DNA of 63,009 nucleotides, filler included, from Candidatus Omnitrophota bacterium (GCA_023140385.1; 5 parts of 5 records of this genome joined end to end with filler, not necessarily neighbours in it), one strand, 5' to 3'; numbered from the whole stretch's first letter, positions 51,112-62,437 are shown. Translations and numbers: made by a program. Notes: a model not told the origin generated them from the letters alone.

Positions 51112-52711
51112 TCAAGGATTTGAAGAGACCTTTTGTAACTATTGTAAATTCATATACAACCCAAATACCCGGCCACGCCCACCTTAATCAGCTGGGAGAG
51201 GTTTTGAAAAAGGAGCTTGAAAAGCAGGGGGTTAATGTCTGGTACGCTAATATTGGGGCGGCAATATGTGACGGTATCGCCATGGGGCATTTTGGGATGA
51301 AGTATTCTCTGGCTTCAAGAGAGCTGATTGCCGACCAGATAGAAAGCATTATTGGCGCTCATCCGTGCGACGCCTGGATTGGCCTGGGAAACTGCGATAA
51401 GATAGTTCCCGCGATGTATAACGCTATGGCCAGGATAAATATACCCGCTATTTATGTAAGCGGCGGGCCGATGCTGGCCGGTTGCGGCAATACGGACCTG
51501 ATTTCTATTTTTGAAGGGGTAGGTAGTTACAGCGTCGGTAAAATGAAGAAAAAAGAGTTAGAGAAGTTAACGGAGACGGCTTGTCCCGGTTATGGAAGCT
51601 GCGCGGGGATGTTTACGGCAAACTCTATGAATTGCCTCGGAGAGGTGTTAGGTTTTGCTCTGCCCGGGAACGGGTCGGTGCCCGCCACCAGGAAGGTAAA
51701 AGGTAAGACAAGGCAGTTTCAGATAAATCCCCAGAGGATCAAACTTGTGAGAGAGGCAGCCCGGCGAGTAGTCTATCTTATGAAAAAGAAGATAAGGCCT
51801 CTTGATATTTTAAAGAGACATTCGATTGACAACGCCTTTATTCTGGACATGGCTATGGGCGGCTCAACCAATACGGTTTTGCATATTCTGGCTCTTGCTC
51901 ATGAGGCGGGGATAAGCTATGATCTTAAACGTTTAAATGAACTGGCGAAGACGACAGCTAATGTAGCTAAGATTGCTCCTTCGCGCCCCGAGATACATTT
52001 AGAACACGTCCACAAGGCCGGCGGCGTGGGGGCCATATTGAGAGCGGTTTATGAAGGCGGCAAGACACACCTGAACCTTCAGGCAAAGACCGTCTACGGC
52101 AAGCTGGGTGATTATGTTTTGAAATCTCCTAAGCCTGACGGCAGGGTTATAAAGTCTGTTAAAGATGCCTTTTCGCCTGAAGGCGGGCTGGCGGTTCTTT
52201 TTGGCAATATTGCCAGAAAAGGTTCAATAGTGAAGACCAGCGGTGTTGATAAGGATATGCTGAAATTTAAGGGTAAAGCAAGAATATATGAGTCCCAGGA
52301 GGAAGCGCTTGATGGGATACTAAAAGGCAGAGTAAAAAGCGGTGAGGTGGTTGTTATCCGCTATGAAGGCCCCAAGGGCGGCCCGGGCATGCAGGAGATG
52401 CTTTCACCGACTGCCGCTATAAAGGGGGCGGACATTAAAGCCGCCCTGATTACCGACGGCCGTTTTTCAGGAGGTACCAGGGGTTTGTGCATCGGCCACG
52501 TATCACCCGAGGCGGCGGCGGGAGGGGAGATAGGGCTGTTAAGAAACGGCGATATAATAGAAATTGACGTCTGCAAAAAACGTATGAATGTAAAACTAAC
52601 GAATGAAGAGTTAAAGAAAAGAAGAAGAAAACAAAAACCATTTAAGTCAAAGGTAAAAGGCGGCTGGCTGGCAAGATATTCATCGCTGGTGACCAGCGCT
52701 GATACGGGAGC
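50985..52711 (+). CDS. ilvD: Dihydroxy-acid dehydratase (last codons lost at contig end)
   Basis: [62 protein letters not shown]. Confidence 0.96.
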
Positions 52712-52811
52712 NNNNNNNNNNNNNNNNNNNNNNNNNNNNNNNNNNNNNNNNNNNNTTAATTAATTAANNNNNNNNNNNNNNNNNNNNNNNNNNNNNNNNN
52801 NNNNNNNNNNN
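52712..52811. other. Artificial contig linker
   Basis: 100 bp of N with TTAATTAATTAA. Confidence 0.99.
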
Positions 52812-52861
52812 CAACCTTGCCAAGGTTGATGTCGCGGGTCCGAATCCCGTCTCCCGCTCCA
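52812..52861 (+). tRNA. trnG: tRNA-Gly (GCC), 3' two-thirds only
   Basis: Anticodon arm CAACC-TTGCCAA-GGTTG, T arm GCGGG-TCCGAAT-CCCGT, acceptor strand CTCCCGC-T-CCA. Confidence 0.88.
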
Positions 52862-52886
52862 TTTTAAATAATAAGGAGCTTTTAAA

Positions 52887-54152
52887 TTGAAAGTAGAAAT
52901 TAAAGACGAAAATCCTTGTAAGAAAATTCTTCGGATAGAAGTTCCCAATGATGTGGTGGAGAGGGAGTTTGACGCGGTTTATAAGGAAATTGGGAAGGTG
53001 GCTGAGATTCCCGGTTTTAGGAGGGGCAAGGTTCCTCGGAATCTGTTGGAGCAGTACCACTCTAAGGCGGCTAAGGACGAGGTTTTAAAAAAACTAATTC
53101 CTACAACATATTCTGAGGCGGTAAAAAAACATGACTTGTATCCGGTTTCTTACCCTGAGATAAGCCAGGTTAAGTTTGTTGATAATCAGCCGCTGTATTT
53201 TGAAGCTGTTATTGATGTAAAGCCGGACGTAAAGCTAAAAAAATATAAGGGTTTGAATATTGTCAAGAAGAAGTTTGAGATTAAGGATGAAGAGGTAAAA
53301 AAATCACTTGACCTTCTGCGGGACAGATTTGCCGAATATAAGACCATAGATTCAAGGCCTGTAAAAAAAGGTGATTATGTGGTAGCCGATTATGAGTTTG
53401 AGGCGGACGGCAAAACCGAAAAACAGGAAAAAGCCTGGTTTTTAATTAATGAAACCGAGGGCGGCCCGAAGGAGATTATTGAAAAATTAATCGGCGCGAA
53501 GTCCGGCGATAAGATAGAAGGCACCTTGAGCCTTCCCAAAGAGTATCCCAAGGCTGAGTTTGCCGGTAAGAAGGCTGTGTTCAAAGTCAGCGTTAAGGAA
53601 ATAAAGGAAAAAAGCCTGCCCGAACTGGATGAGGAGTTTATTAAGGGGTTGGGGAATTACGAATCGCTTGATAAGTTGAAAGAGGCTATCAGGGATGATA
53701 TAAAGGTAAGAAAAGAAAACGAGATTGAAATGGATGTTGACAGGCAGATAGCCGAAGAGCTGTTAAAGCATAACCCCATAGACGTTCCGCTTTCTTTAAT
53801 TAAGAAAGAGGCTGAGCAAATATTTGAAAATGTAAAGGCGCGGCTTAAGCATCAGGGACTTAAAGAAGAGGCCATAGCATCCAAAGAGGGTGATTTAAAA
53901 AAGAGCGCCGAAGCTGACGCCGAAAAGCAAGTTAAAATTTATTTTCTCCTGGATAAAATCGCGGAGGTGGAAAATATAAATTGCGGCGATGATGATCTGG
54001 AGTCCGAGTATGAACGAATTGCCGGACAAAATAAGACAGATAAAGAAAAGATTAAAAGTTACATAGCGGAAAAAGGCTCTCTTGAAAGGTTAAAAGATGA
54101 AATTCGCCACAAGAAAACCGTAGACTATATTGTTAATGAAGCAAGGAGGTAG
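52887..54152 (+). CDS. tig: Trigger factor
   Basis: [10 protein letters not shown] ribosome-binding motif; FKBP-like middle domain; TTG start with AAGGAG RBS. Confidence 0.96.
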   Translation: MKVEIKDENPCKKILRIEVPNDVVEREFDAVYKEIGKVAEIPGFRRGKVPRNLLEQYHSKAAKDEVLKKLIPTTYSEAVKKHDLYPVSYPEISQVKFVDNQPLYFEAVIDVKPDVKLKKYKGLNIVKKKFEIKDEEVKKSLDLLRDRFAEYKTIDSRPVKKGDYVVADYEFEADGKTEKQEKAWFLINETEGGPKEIIEKLIGAKSGDKIEGTLSLPKEYPKAEFAGKKAVFKVSVKEIKEKSLPELDEEFIKGLGNYESLDKLKEAIRDDIKVRKENEIEMDVDRQIAEELLKHNPIDVPLSLIKKEAEQIFENVKARLKHQGLKEEAIASKEGDLKKSAEADAEKQVKIYFLLDKIAEVENINCGDDDLESEYERIAGQNKTDKEKIKSYIAEKGSLERLKDEIRHKKTVDYIVNEARR

Positions 54153-54154
54153 AG

Positions 54155-54769
54155 ATGAAAGAGATGCAGGGGGTTGAAAGGGCTCAACATCTTATTCCGA
54201 TGGTGGTGGAGCAGTCGGGCCGGGGTGAAAGGGCGTACGATATTTTTTCCCGCTTATTAAAGGATAGGATAATTTTTGTCGGGACGGTGATTGACGAAGC
54301 AATATCTAATATAATTATAGCCCAACTGCTTTTTTTACAAATGGAAGACTCCAAAAAGGAGATAAGCCTCTATATAAATTCGCCCGGCGGGAGCGTTACT
54401 TCGGGCTTGGCTATTTATGATACGATGCAGTTTGTTAAATGTGATGTGTCCGTATACTGTATCGGCCAGGCGGCCAGTATGGGCGCGCTTTTGCTTGCCG
54501 CCGGTAAAAAGGGTAAGCGGTATATTTTGCCTCATGCCAGAGTTATGATTCATCAGCCGTGGGGCGGAGCGCAGGGAGCCGCTACTGATATTAGTATTCA
54601 GGCGCAGGAGATTTTGAGATTAAGAAAAAAAATAAACGAAATTCTTGCCATACACACTAATCAGCCGCTGGAGAAGGTAGAAAAGGATACTGACCGCGAC
54701 TACTTTATGTCTGCCGAAGAAGCTAAAGAGTACGGTATAGTAGATAAAGTAGTTGAATCGACAAAGTAA
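54155..54769 (+). CDS. clpP: ATP-dependent Clp protease proteolytic subunit
   Basis: [37 protein letters not shown]. Confidence 0.98.
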   Translation: MKEMQGVERAQHLIPMVVEQSGRGERAYDIFSRLLKDRIIFVGTVIDEAISNIIIAQLLFLQMEDSKKEISLYINSPGGSVTSGLAIYDTMQFVKCDVSVYCIGQAASMGALLLAAGKKGKRYILPHARVMIHQPWGGAQGAATDISIQAQEILRLRKKINEILAIHTNQPLEKVEKDTDRDYFMSAEEAKEYGIVDKVVESTK

Positions 54770-54788
54770 AGGGAGTAATTCTAAAGTA

Positions 54789-57179
54789 ATGAAAAATAAA
54801 GTTCCATTATTACCTATTCGCGATCTGGTTATTTTTCCGCATATGATAATGTCTCTTCTCGTAGGAAGAGAGAAGTCAATTAAGGCGCTAGAGAAGGTGG
54901 TATCCGAAGATAAGACATTATTTTTGTGCACGCAGAAGAACCATCTTGTTGAACTTCCCAAGTTAAATGACCTCTACTCCGTAGGAGTTATAGTTGAGGT
55001 TTTGCAGTCTTTAAGGCTGCCCGATGGTTCTTTTAAGATTGTTATCGGAGCCAGGGAGCGGGCAAAGATAAAAAAAATGTACGACGCGGGAGGTTATGAT
55101 AGGGTAGAAGTGGAACTCCTTAAAGAAGGGGCGGAGCAAACGGTTGAAGCTGAAGCATTTATGCGTTCGATTGTCTCACAGTTTGACGAGTATGCCAAGC
55201 TGAATTCTAAAATAAGCGCTGAAATAATTGTTTCGGTTAACTCTATTAACTCGCCGTCGGAGCTTTCAGATGTAATTGCCGCTCAGCTAAGCATTAGAAT
55301 TCCGGAGAAGCAGAAAATTCTGGAGGAGATTAATTCTCTTGAGAGGTTAAAAAAGTTAAATAAGATATTAAATTCCGAAATAGAAATATTGAGGATTGAG
55401 CAGAAAATACTGGGCAACGTCAGAAAGCAGCTTGATAAATCTCAGAAGGACTATTATCTGCAGGAACAGCTTAGGGCTATTGAGAAGGAGCTTGGCTATA
55501 AGGCTGAAGAGAAAAATGAGCTGGAGGAGCTGAAAAAGAAAGTATGCTCAGCCGGGATGAGTAAAGAAGCAAAGGAGGCGGCCTTGCGGGAGGTTGGCCG
55601 TCTTGAGCGTATGAATCCCGTCTCGCCTGAAGGCGCGGTTGCCAGGAATTATATTGACTGGCTTGTTAGGCTGCCCTGGAATAAAAATACTAAGGAAAGA
55701 TTAAGTATAAAAGATGCCGAGAAGGTTCTCAATACCGATCATTACGGCCTGGATAAAGCTAAAATGAGAATATTAGAGTATTTGGCCGTAAGAAAGTTTA
55801 CTAAAGAGGTAAAAAGCCAGATTCTCTGTTTTGTCGGGCCTCCGGGCGTAGGTAAAACCTCGCTGGCTAAGTCAATTGCCAGATCGTTAAACAGAAACTT
55901 TGTCAGGATATCCCTGGGCGGTGTGCGCGATGAGGCTGAAATTAAAGGCCATAGGCGGACATATGTAGGCGCGCTCCCGGGGAGAATAATTCAATCTTTG
56001 GCTAAGGCAAAGTCCCGAAATCCCGTGTTTCTACTGGACGAAATAGATAAGATGTCGGTTGATTTCAGGGGCGATCCGTCAAGCGCCCTGCTTGAGGTGC
56101 TTGATCCTGAAGAAAACCATTCATTTTCAGACCATTATCTGGAGGCGGAGTTTGATTTGTCAAACGTTATGTTTATTACTACCAGTAACATTCAGGATAA
56201 CATACCCCAGCCGTTGATGGACCGTATGGAAATTATACAACTACCGGGTTATACCGAGTATGAAAAACTGAATATTGCCAGGTCATTTTTACTGCCCAAG
56301 CAGTTAAAAAAGCACGGGCTCACGCGGAAAAATTTTGATATCTCGGACAACGCCGTAAATCTAATTATTAAATGTTATACAATTGAAGCGGGAGTCAGAA
56401 GCCTGGAGAGAGAAATAGCCGGCATTTGCCGCAAAGTTGTGAGGGAGGTAGTAGAAAGTAAAAAGGCTATCGGGCATATAAAGATTACCTCGAAAAACCT
56501 TCATAAATATTTAGGCCCTCCCAAATACTCGGAGAGCCGTAAAGAAAAACATCATGAGATAGGTGTTTCTTTTGGACTGGCCTGGACTATGGCCGGCGGC
56601 GATATTATGCCCATAGAAACAGTACTCATAAAGGGAGATGGAAAGCTGATTTTAACCGGGAAACTGGGAGAAGTGATGCAGGAGTCCGCGCGAGCCGCTT
56701 TAACCTACATCAGGTCAAGGGTGGATAAGTTAAAAATTAAGTCTGGTTTTTACAAAGACACGGACATACACGTTCATGTTCCGGAGGGAGCTATTCCTAA
56801 AGACGGGCCTTCGGCGGGGATAACCATTGCTGTTTCGATTGCCTCGGCTATTACTCAAAGGCCGGTAAATAAAAATGTAGCTATGACCGGAGAGATTACC
56901 CTGAGAGGAAAAGTTTTGCCGGTTGGAGGATTAAAGTCCAAGATTTTAGCCGCTCACCGCGCCGGTTTTAAGACGATTATTATACCCAAGGAAAACAAAA
57001 AGGACCTGGTTGAGATACCAAAGGATGTTTTGCGAAAGCTTGACATAAAAACGGTTGACGATATCGATCAGGTTTTACGAATCGCGCTGGTTAGCAAAAG
57101 AAGGAAAGGGGCGGCTAAAAAGTCAAAGAAGTCGTCGTGGCAAAAGAGCTATCTGCAGCAGCAGATTATGTCGGCCTGA
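54789..57179 (+). CDS. lon: Lon protease
   Basis: LPIRD N-domain, GPPGVGKT, GHRRTYVGALPG, PKDGPSAG. ATG 54789 preferred to TTG 54753. Confidence 0.97.
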   Translation: MKNKVPLLPIRDLVIFPHMIMSLLVGREKSIKALEKVVSEDKTLFLCTQKNHLVELPKLNDLYSVGVIVEVLQSLRLPDGSFKIVIGARERAKIKKMYDAGGYDRVEVELLKEGAEQTVEAEAFMRSIVSQFDEYAKLNSKISAEIIVSVNSINSPSELSDVIAAQLSIRIPEKQKILEEINSLERLKKLNKILNSEIEILRIEQKILGNVRKQLDKSQKDYYLQEQLRAIEKELGYKAEEKNELEELKKKVCSAGMSKEAKEAALREVGRLERMNPVSPEGAVARNYIDWLVRLPWNKNTKERLSIKDAEKVLNTDHYGLDKAKMRILEYLAVRKFTKEVKSQILCFVGPPGVGKTSLAKSIARSLNRNFVRISLGGVRDEAEIKGHRRTYVGALPGRIIQSLAKAKSRNPVFLLDEIDKMSVDFRGDPSSALLEVLDPEENHSFSDHYLEAEFDLSNVMFITTSNIQDNIPQPLMDRMEIIQLPGYTEYEKLNIARSFLLPKQLKKHGLTRKNFDISDNAVNLIIKCYTIEAGVRSLEREIAGICRKVVREVVESKKAIGHIKITSKNLHKYLGPPKYSESRKEKHHEIGVSFGLAWTMAGGDIMPIETVLIKGDGKLILTGKLGEVMQESARAALTYIRSRVDKLKIKSGFYKDTDIHVHVPEGAIPKDGPSAGITIAVSIASAITQRPVNKNVAMTGEITLRGKVLPVGGLKSKILAAHRAGFKTIIIPKENKKDLVEIPKDVLRKLDIKTVDDIDQVLRIALVSKRRKGAAKKSKKSSWQKSYLQQQIMSA

Positions 57180-57233
57180 TTTACCGATCGCCGCTTTTTA
57201 ATTACAATAGTTTGTTAAAATAAAGGGTTAAAA

Positions 57234-58373
57234 ATGTTAAAGAAAAGATATTTGTTAACGCCGGGGCCCACTCCGGTACCGCCGGAAAGCCTGTTGGCTA
57301 TGGCTAAACCGATAATTCATCATAGGACTAAAGAATTTAGGGCTATATTGGCGGAGGCGACAGAAGGATTAAAGTATGTTTATCAAACCAAGAGTGATGT
57401 ATTAATATTCGCGTCCAGCGGTACCGGAGCTATGGAGTCCGCCGTATGCAACCTTCTTTCTAAAGGAGATAAGGTTATTGCCGTTTCCGGAGGTAAGTTT
57501 GGTGAGAGATGGGGAGAGATTTGTGAAGTCTACGGAGTAAACGCGCGTATAATTGACGTTGAATGGGGTAAGGCGGTAGACCCGGCAGTCATTGAAAATG
57601 AGCTTGAGAAGGACTCTGAAATAAAAGCGGTATTTACCACCCTTTGTGAGACCTCGACCGGCGTAAGAACTGACATCAAGGCATTAGCTGAAATTACAAA
57701 AGGCCATCAGGCTGTATTGGTGGTAGACGCTATAAGCGCTGTGGGGGCGGAGGGGCTAAAGACAGATGAGTGGGGAGTTGATGTAGTTGTGGCCGGCTCT
57801 CAGAAAGGCTTGATGATTCCTCCGGGGCTGGCGTTTGTATCTTTAAGCGAAAAGGCTTATAAGTTGACAGGGGCTTCTGATTTGCCCAAGTATTATTTTG
57901 ATATAAAAAAGGCCAAAAAATCTATCGAAAAAGGTGATACTCCGTATACACCCGCGGTCAATCTTGTGGTAGGCTTAGTTGAAGCATTAAGGCTTATTAA
58001 AGATGAAGGCATTGAGAATGTAATAAGCAGGCATCGGCTCTTAGCTGAGGCGACAAGGGAAGCGGTTAAGGCTTTAGGCTTAGAGCTTTTGGCCCCTGAA
58101 AGCCCGTCTTGTGTTGTTACCGCGGTTAAATTACCCGAGGCGATTGATGGTGTAGAGCTGGTAAAAAAACTGCGAAGTAAATATGACGTTTGGGCGGCCG
58201 GAGGACAGGCGGATCTTAAGGGAAAAATTATCAGAATAGCTCATCTTGGATATATGAACTGTTTTGATACTATTGTCGGCATATCAGCTCTTGAGATGAC
58301 ATTAAGGGAAATGGGTTATAAGTTTGAACTTGGCGCCGGTGTTAAGAAGGCGGAAGAGATACTTGCCGGTTAA
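57234..58373 (+). CDS. Class V PLP aminotransferase (serine-pyruvate/alanine-glyoxylate family; probable phosphoserine aminotransferase role)
   Basis: [29 protein letters not shown]; directly upstream of serA. Confidence 0.88.
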   Translation: MLKKRYLLTPGPTPVPPESLLAMAKPIIHHRTKEFRAILAEATEGLKYVYQTKSDVLIFASSGTGAMESAVCNLLSKGDKVIAVSGGKFGERWGEICEVYGVNARIIDVEWGKAVDPAVIENELEKDSEIKAVFTTLCETSTGVRTDIKALAEITKGHQAVLVVDAISAVGAEGLKTDEWGVDVVVAGSQKGLMIPPGLAFVSLSEKAYKLTGASDLPKYYFDIKKAKKSIEKGDTPYTPAVNLVVGLVEALRLIKDEGIENVISRHRLLAEATREAVKALGLELLAPESPSCVVTAVKLPEAIDGVELVKKLRSKYDVWAAGGQADLKGKIIRIAHLGYMNCFDTIVGISALEMTLREMGYKFELGAGVKKAEEILAG

Positions 58374-58398
58374 TAAAATAAAATGACGGAGATTTAAA

Positions 58399-59066
58399 AT
58401 GATAAAGATATTAGTGAGCGACCCTCTCGCGAAACAAGGTATTGAGATACTTAAACTGGTAAAAGATTTCCAAGTGGATGAAAGGGCTAAGGTACCTCCC
58501 GAGGAGCTTAAAAAGCTGATAAAAAAATATGATGCCATTATTATAAGGTCCGGCACCAAGCTAACGAAGGATACAATTAAGCATGCCGACAACTTAAGAG
58601 TTATCGGCCGGGCCGGGGTTGGCGTTGATAACGTTGATGTGACGGAAGCTAGTTTAAAAGGTATTGTTGTTATGAACGCGCCGGGCGGAAACACAGTATC
58701 TACGGCGGAACTTAGCTTTAGCCTGCTTTTGGCTCTTAGCAGAAACATTCCTCAGGCAAACGCGTCAATAAGGCAAAATCTGTGGGAGAGAAAAAAGTTT
58801 ATGGGCAGTCAGGTATTCGGGAAGACGCTTGGTATTATTGGAATGGGCCGGATAGGTACTGAGGTGGCTAAAAGGGCGGTTGTTTTTGGAATGAAGGTGC
58901 TCGCTTTTGACCCGTTTTTATCCGCCGAAAAGGCTAAAGAGTTAGAGGTTGAGATTGTCAGCAAAAATAAACTTTTTTCCGCGGCTGATTATATTACGGT
59001 TCATACACCTTTAACCGATGATACCAGACATATGATCGGCAGGAAAGAGTTTGAAAAAATGAAAAA
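58399..59066 (+). CDS. serA: D-3-phosphoglycerate dehydrogenase (3' truncated at contig end)
   Basis: IIRSGTK, GRAGVGVDNVD, GIIGMGRIG, HTPLT. Confidence 0.93.
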
Positions 59067-59166
59067 NNNNNNNNNNNNNNNNNNNNNNNNNNNNNNNNNN
59101 NNNNNNNNNNTTAATTAATTAANNNNNNNNNNNNNNNNNNNNNNNNNNNNNNNNNNNNNNNNNNNN
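59067..59166. other. Artificial contig linker
   Basis: 100 bp of N with TTAATTAATTAA. Confidence 0.99.
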
Positions 59167-60044
59167 GGGTTGATGTTTATACTCACAGCGAGATGCTTCC
59201 GGCTCACTATTATCCCGCTTTCAAAAAATATGAACATTTTGTCGGCAACTATGGAAATGCCTGGTGGCAGCAAAATAAAGAGTTCGCGTCATTTAACGGC
59301 CCGATTTTGATGACAACCAATTGCATCACTCCCGTTCAGGATTCTTATAAAGATAGGATCTTTACAACAGGAATGACGGGCTATCCGGGTGTTAAGCATA
59401 TTCCTGATGGGAAAGACGGACAGCAGAAGGATTTTTCTGAAGTTGTTGCCTTAGCAAAAACATGTCAACCGCCGCGTGAAATTGAAAAGGGTGAAATTGT
59501 AGGAGGTTTCGCGCATAATCAAGTACTTGCCTTAGCTGACAAAATTATTGAAGCAATAAAATCAGGAGCTATTAAGCGATTTATTGTAATGGCAGGATGT
59601 GACGGAAGGCATCCTGCGAGAAATTATTTTACTGAAGTCGCGAAAAATTTACCAAAAGATACAATTATTTTAACAGCCGGCTGCGCGAAATATCGATATA
59701 ATAAATTGGATCTCGGTAATATCGGAGGTATTCCCAGGGTACTTGATGCCGGCCAGTGTAATGATTGTTACTCTTTGGTGGTTATCGCGCTTAAATTAAA
59801 GGAAGTATTTGAATTAGATGATATTAATGAACTGCCTATTTCCTTTGATATTGCCTGGTATGAGCAAAAGGCTGTGGCTGTCCTCTTGGCGCTTCTCTTC
59901 TTAGGAGTGAAAGGTATTCGGTTGGGGCCGACATTGCCGGCATTTTTATCTGAGAATGTCACAAAAGTCCTTGTTGAGAAATTTGATATCAAACCCATTG
60001 GCGCGGTCAAAGATGATATTGAGGCAATGACAGCGGGAGTGTAG
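59167..60044 (+). CDS. hcp: Hybrid cluster protein/hydroxylamine reductase (5' truncated)
   Basis: Frame open from the contig edge: [43 protein letters not shown]. Confidence 0.95.
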
Positions 60045-60093
60045 TTGAGTGGGAGCATGCCTGCGCCGCAAATAAAAAAAAGAGGAGGGCGCG

Positions 60094-60564
60094 ATGAAAA
60101 GGTCTCAATTAATAATGATATGGCTGCTTCCGGTTATTGTAATCGGGGGGTTGTTCTATCCAATATTAGGTTATTTGGTCATTGCAATGATGTCTTCTCT
60201 CTTGCTGCTTTCGTATTTTAAAAAAGGGCGGTTTTGGTGTTGGAATTTGTGTCCCAGGGGAGCTTTTTTAGATATCGTATTGTTAAAATTCAGCGCGAAA
60301 AAGCCTGTGCCTAAAATTTTTACAAAGAAATGGTTTCGTTGGCTGATATTTGCTATATTTATCAGTTTTTTAACATTTCGTATTATTCTAACAGGTGGTA
60401 ATTTGATTGCCGTAGGAGCAGTTTTTGTAAGAATATGTTTAGTAACAACTATAATTGCTATTGTCTTAGGTGTTCTAATGAAACAACGCGCGTGGTGTAT
60501 GATTTGCCCGATGGGAACTTTGCAGGAAAAAATTGGCAAAATAGCTCAACGAAGGAGGCCTTAG
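60094..60564 (+). CDS. 4Fe-4S-binding membrane protein (Fer4_5/NapH-like CxxxCP motifs)
   Basis: RFWCWNLCPRG and RAWCMICPMG with four hydrophobic segments. Confidence 0.85.
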   Translation: MKRSQLIMIWLLPVIVIGGLFYPILGYLVIAMMSSLLLLSYFKKGRFWCWNLCPRGAFLDIVLLKFSAKKPVPKIFTKKWFRWLIFAIFISFLTFRIILTGGNLIAVGAVFVRICLVTTIIAIVLGVLMKQRAWCMICPMGTLQEKIGKIAQRRRP

Positions 60565-60703
60565 TTCTGGGATACCTTTAAAAGGAAGGGCAATAAAGAT
60601 ATGTAAAATACATTTGGGAACGCAAAAACTTGCCTAAGATCAAGTCTTTAATCTTGATATAAGTAAAATAAACTAAAAATTGTAAAGGAAACAATGCCGG
60701 TTC

Positions 60704-60739
60704 GCCGCCTCAAGAATTATCTTGAGGCGGTTTGTTTTT
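60704..60739 (+). terminator. Intrinsic terminator
   Basis: Stem GCCGCCTCAAGA-atta-TCTTGAGGCGGT followed by TTGTTTTT. Confidence 0.8.
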
Positions 60740-60885
60740 GGATGTACAATTATGAGGAAAAAACGGGCGCGGGAAGAAAGAGAAATAGGTATTGTGTTTC
60801 TTCGATTCACCTGATAGAATATGGAATCATAAGGAGTCATGTGGAGTTAGCAATAAAAGCCCCTAAATTATTTATCTAATTAATT

Positions 60886-62001
60886 ATGACTAATGAACAT
60901 AGTATTGAACAGAGCGAAGCATTGAAACCGCTTATAATCGGGGATTTAGAGATAAGAATACCGATTATTCAAGGAGGCATGGGAGTTAGGGTATCTACCG
61001 CTTCCTTAGCCGGTGCAGTGGCTAATTATGGGGGAGCGGGAACCATAGCGAGTGTTGGCCTTGGCTATGGTACCCCGGAAAATGAAACAAATTTTATTAA
61101 GGCCTCGAGAGAAGGACTCCAAAAAGAAATACGTCAGGCCAAAAAATTGTCCCGGGGAGTTGTAGGTGTAAACATATTGGTGGCTGTAAGCAATTACGAG
61201 GATTTGGCACGAACTGCTGTAAGAGAAAAAGTTGATTTCATTGCTTCAGGAGCGGGCCTGCCTTTGAGGTTGCCGGAATTTACCGAAGGTTCTTCAATAA
61301 AACTAATACCAATCGTTTCCTCAGCGAGGGCGGCGGATATTATAATCAGAAGTTGGAAGAAACGGTACAATCGTTTACCGGATGCCATTATTGCGGAAGG
61401 CCCATTGGCAGGCGGACATTTAGGGTTTAAATTTGAGGAATTAGAATCAGATAAAGGGAATATGCTTGAGGATATAGTAATAGATGTTTTGAAAGTGATT
61501 AAGGAATACGAAGAATTAGATGTGAATATACCGGTTATAGCGGCAGGAGGAATATTTGATGGCAAAGACGCTGCCAAATTTCTTAGGTTGGGAGCAAAAG
61601 GTGTGCAAATGGCGACTCGATTTGTTGCTACCTTTGAATGCTCTGTAGCGGATGAATTTAAGGAAGCATATCTTGCGGCGGGGGAAGATGATGTTGTTAT
61701 TATAAAGAGTCCTGTTGGTATGCCGGGAAGAGTAATAAGGACGAAATTTATTGATAGAGTAATGGCTGGCGCGCGGATGCCGATTAAATGTAACTATCAA
61801 TGCCTTAAGACCTGTTATTCTAAGATTGCTCCTTATTGCATAGCTGAGGCCTTATCTAAGGCTATAAGCGGTGACCTGGATAACGCGGTTGTATTCGCGG
61901 GGAGCAACGTTGTAAAAGTGAAAAAGATTATATCCGTGAAAGACTTGATGAATGACATTGTTAGCGGAGCCATCGCTGAGATAGAGAAGGGGCAAGGATA
62001 G
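60886..62001 (+). CDS. Nitronate monooxygenase/FabK-like flavoprotein
   Basis: PIIQGGMG, SGAGLP, EGPLAGGHLG, VIAAGGI, GVQMATRF, SPVGMPGR, CxxCxxxC. Confidence 0.9.
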   Translation: MTNEHSIEQSEALKPLIIGDLEIRIPIIQGGMGVRVSTASLAGAVANYGGAGTIASVGLGYGTPENETNFIKASREGLQKEIRQAKKLSRGVVGVNILVAVSNYEDLARTAVREKVDFIASGAGLPLRLPEFTEGSSIKLIPIVSSARAADIIIRSWKKRYNRLPDAIIAEGPLAGGHLGFKFEELESDKGNMLEDIVIDVLKVIKEYEELDVNIPVIAAGGIFDGKDAAKFLRLGAKGVQMATRFVATFECSVADEFKEAYLAAGEDDVVIIKSPVGMPGRVIRTKFIDRVMAGARMPIKCNYQCLKTCYSKIAPYCIAEALSKAISGDLDNAVVFAGSNVVKVKKIISVKDLMNDIVSGAIAEIEKGQG

Positions 62002-62115
62002 AAAATAGGAACACAGTTTACTTATTGACTTAGAAATAAAAAATTAAAATGTTAAATAAGCCGAAAACTTATAAAAAAACCGCCCAAAAATTTTTGTCCG
62101 CGAAGAAAGCGGGGC

Positions 62116-62144
62116 TTGACTTAATCTCTTTTATAGTGTAAATT
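62116..62144 (+). promoter_or_regulatory. Sigma70-type promoter for the MerR-HTH/ExeA operon
   Basis: TTGACT-17 bp-TAAATT. Confidence 0.55.
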
Positions 62145-62205
62145 ATAATATGTAAAATGTAATTTATAGGTCGGCATTTTCTACTGCGGTAGATAGGAAG
62201 CAACT

Positions 62206-62436
62206 ATGGTTAAAAATTTGTTTAAAATTGGTGAAGTAATGGAATACGCGGGTTTGTCCAGGCAGGTCATCCATAACTATACCCAATTAGAGTTGATTTA
62301 TGAGGCCAAGCGTACGCCCTCCGGCCACCGGCTTTACGGCAAAGAAGTATTTGAGCGGCTTAAAAAGATAAAGAGATTTCAGTTAAAAGGTAGAACTCTC
62401 TTGGAGATTAAAAAGATGCTTAACGGGGCTAAGTAG
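62206..62436 (+). CDS. Small MerR-type HTH protein (DNA-binding domain only)
   Basis: FKIGEV..GLSRQVIHNY..LI..RTPSGHRLY; 76 aa. Confidence 0.85.
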   Translation: MVKNLFKIGEVMEYAGLSRQVIHNYTQLELIYEAKRTPSGHRLYGKEVFERLKKIKRFQLKGRTLLEIKKMLNGAK

Positions 62437-62437
62437 T

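Noticed and set aside
52760..53060. Two minus-strand ORFs at the contig start
   Set aside because: Antisense translations of tRNA-Gly and tig that terminate in the linker.
16847..59166. Four identical N-flanked TTAATTAATTAA palindromes as a biological repeat, and gene neighbourhoods spanning them
   Set aside because: These are standard artificial six-frame-stop contig linkers; cross-linker adjacency is not evidence.
60694..60879. 61-aa ORF MPVRRLKNY..
   Set aside because: It runs straight through a strong intrinsic terminator and has no recognisable motif.
10840..61800. Numerous 60-200 aa ORFs opposite or out of frame within confidently assigned genes
   Set aside because: They fully overlap conserved genes and lack RBS or motifs; expected antisense shadows.
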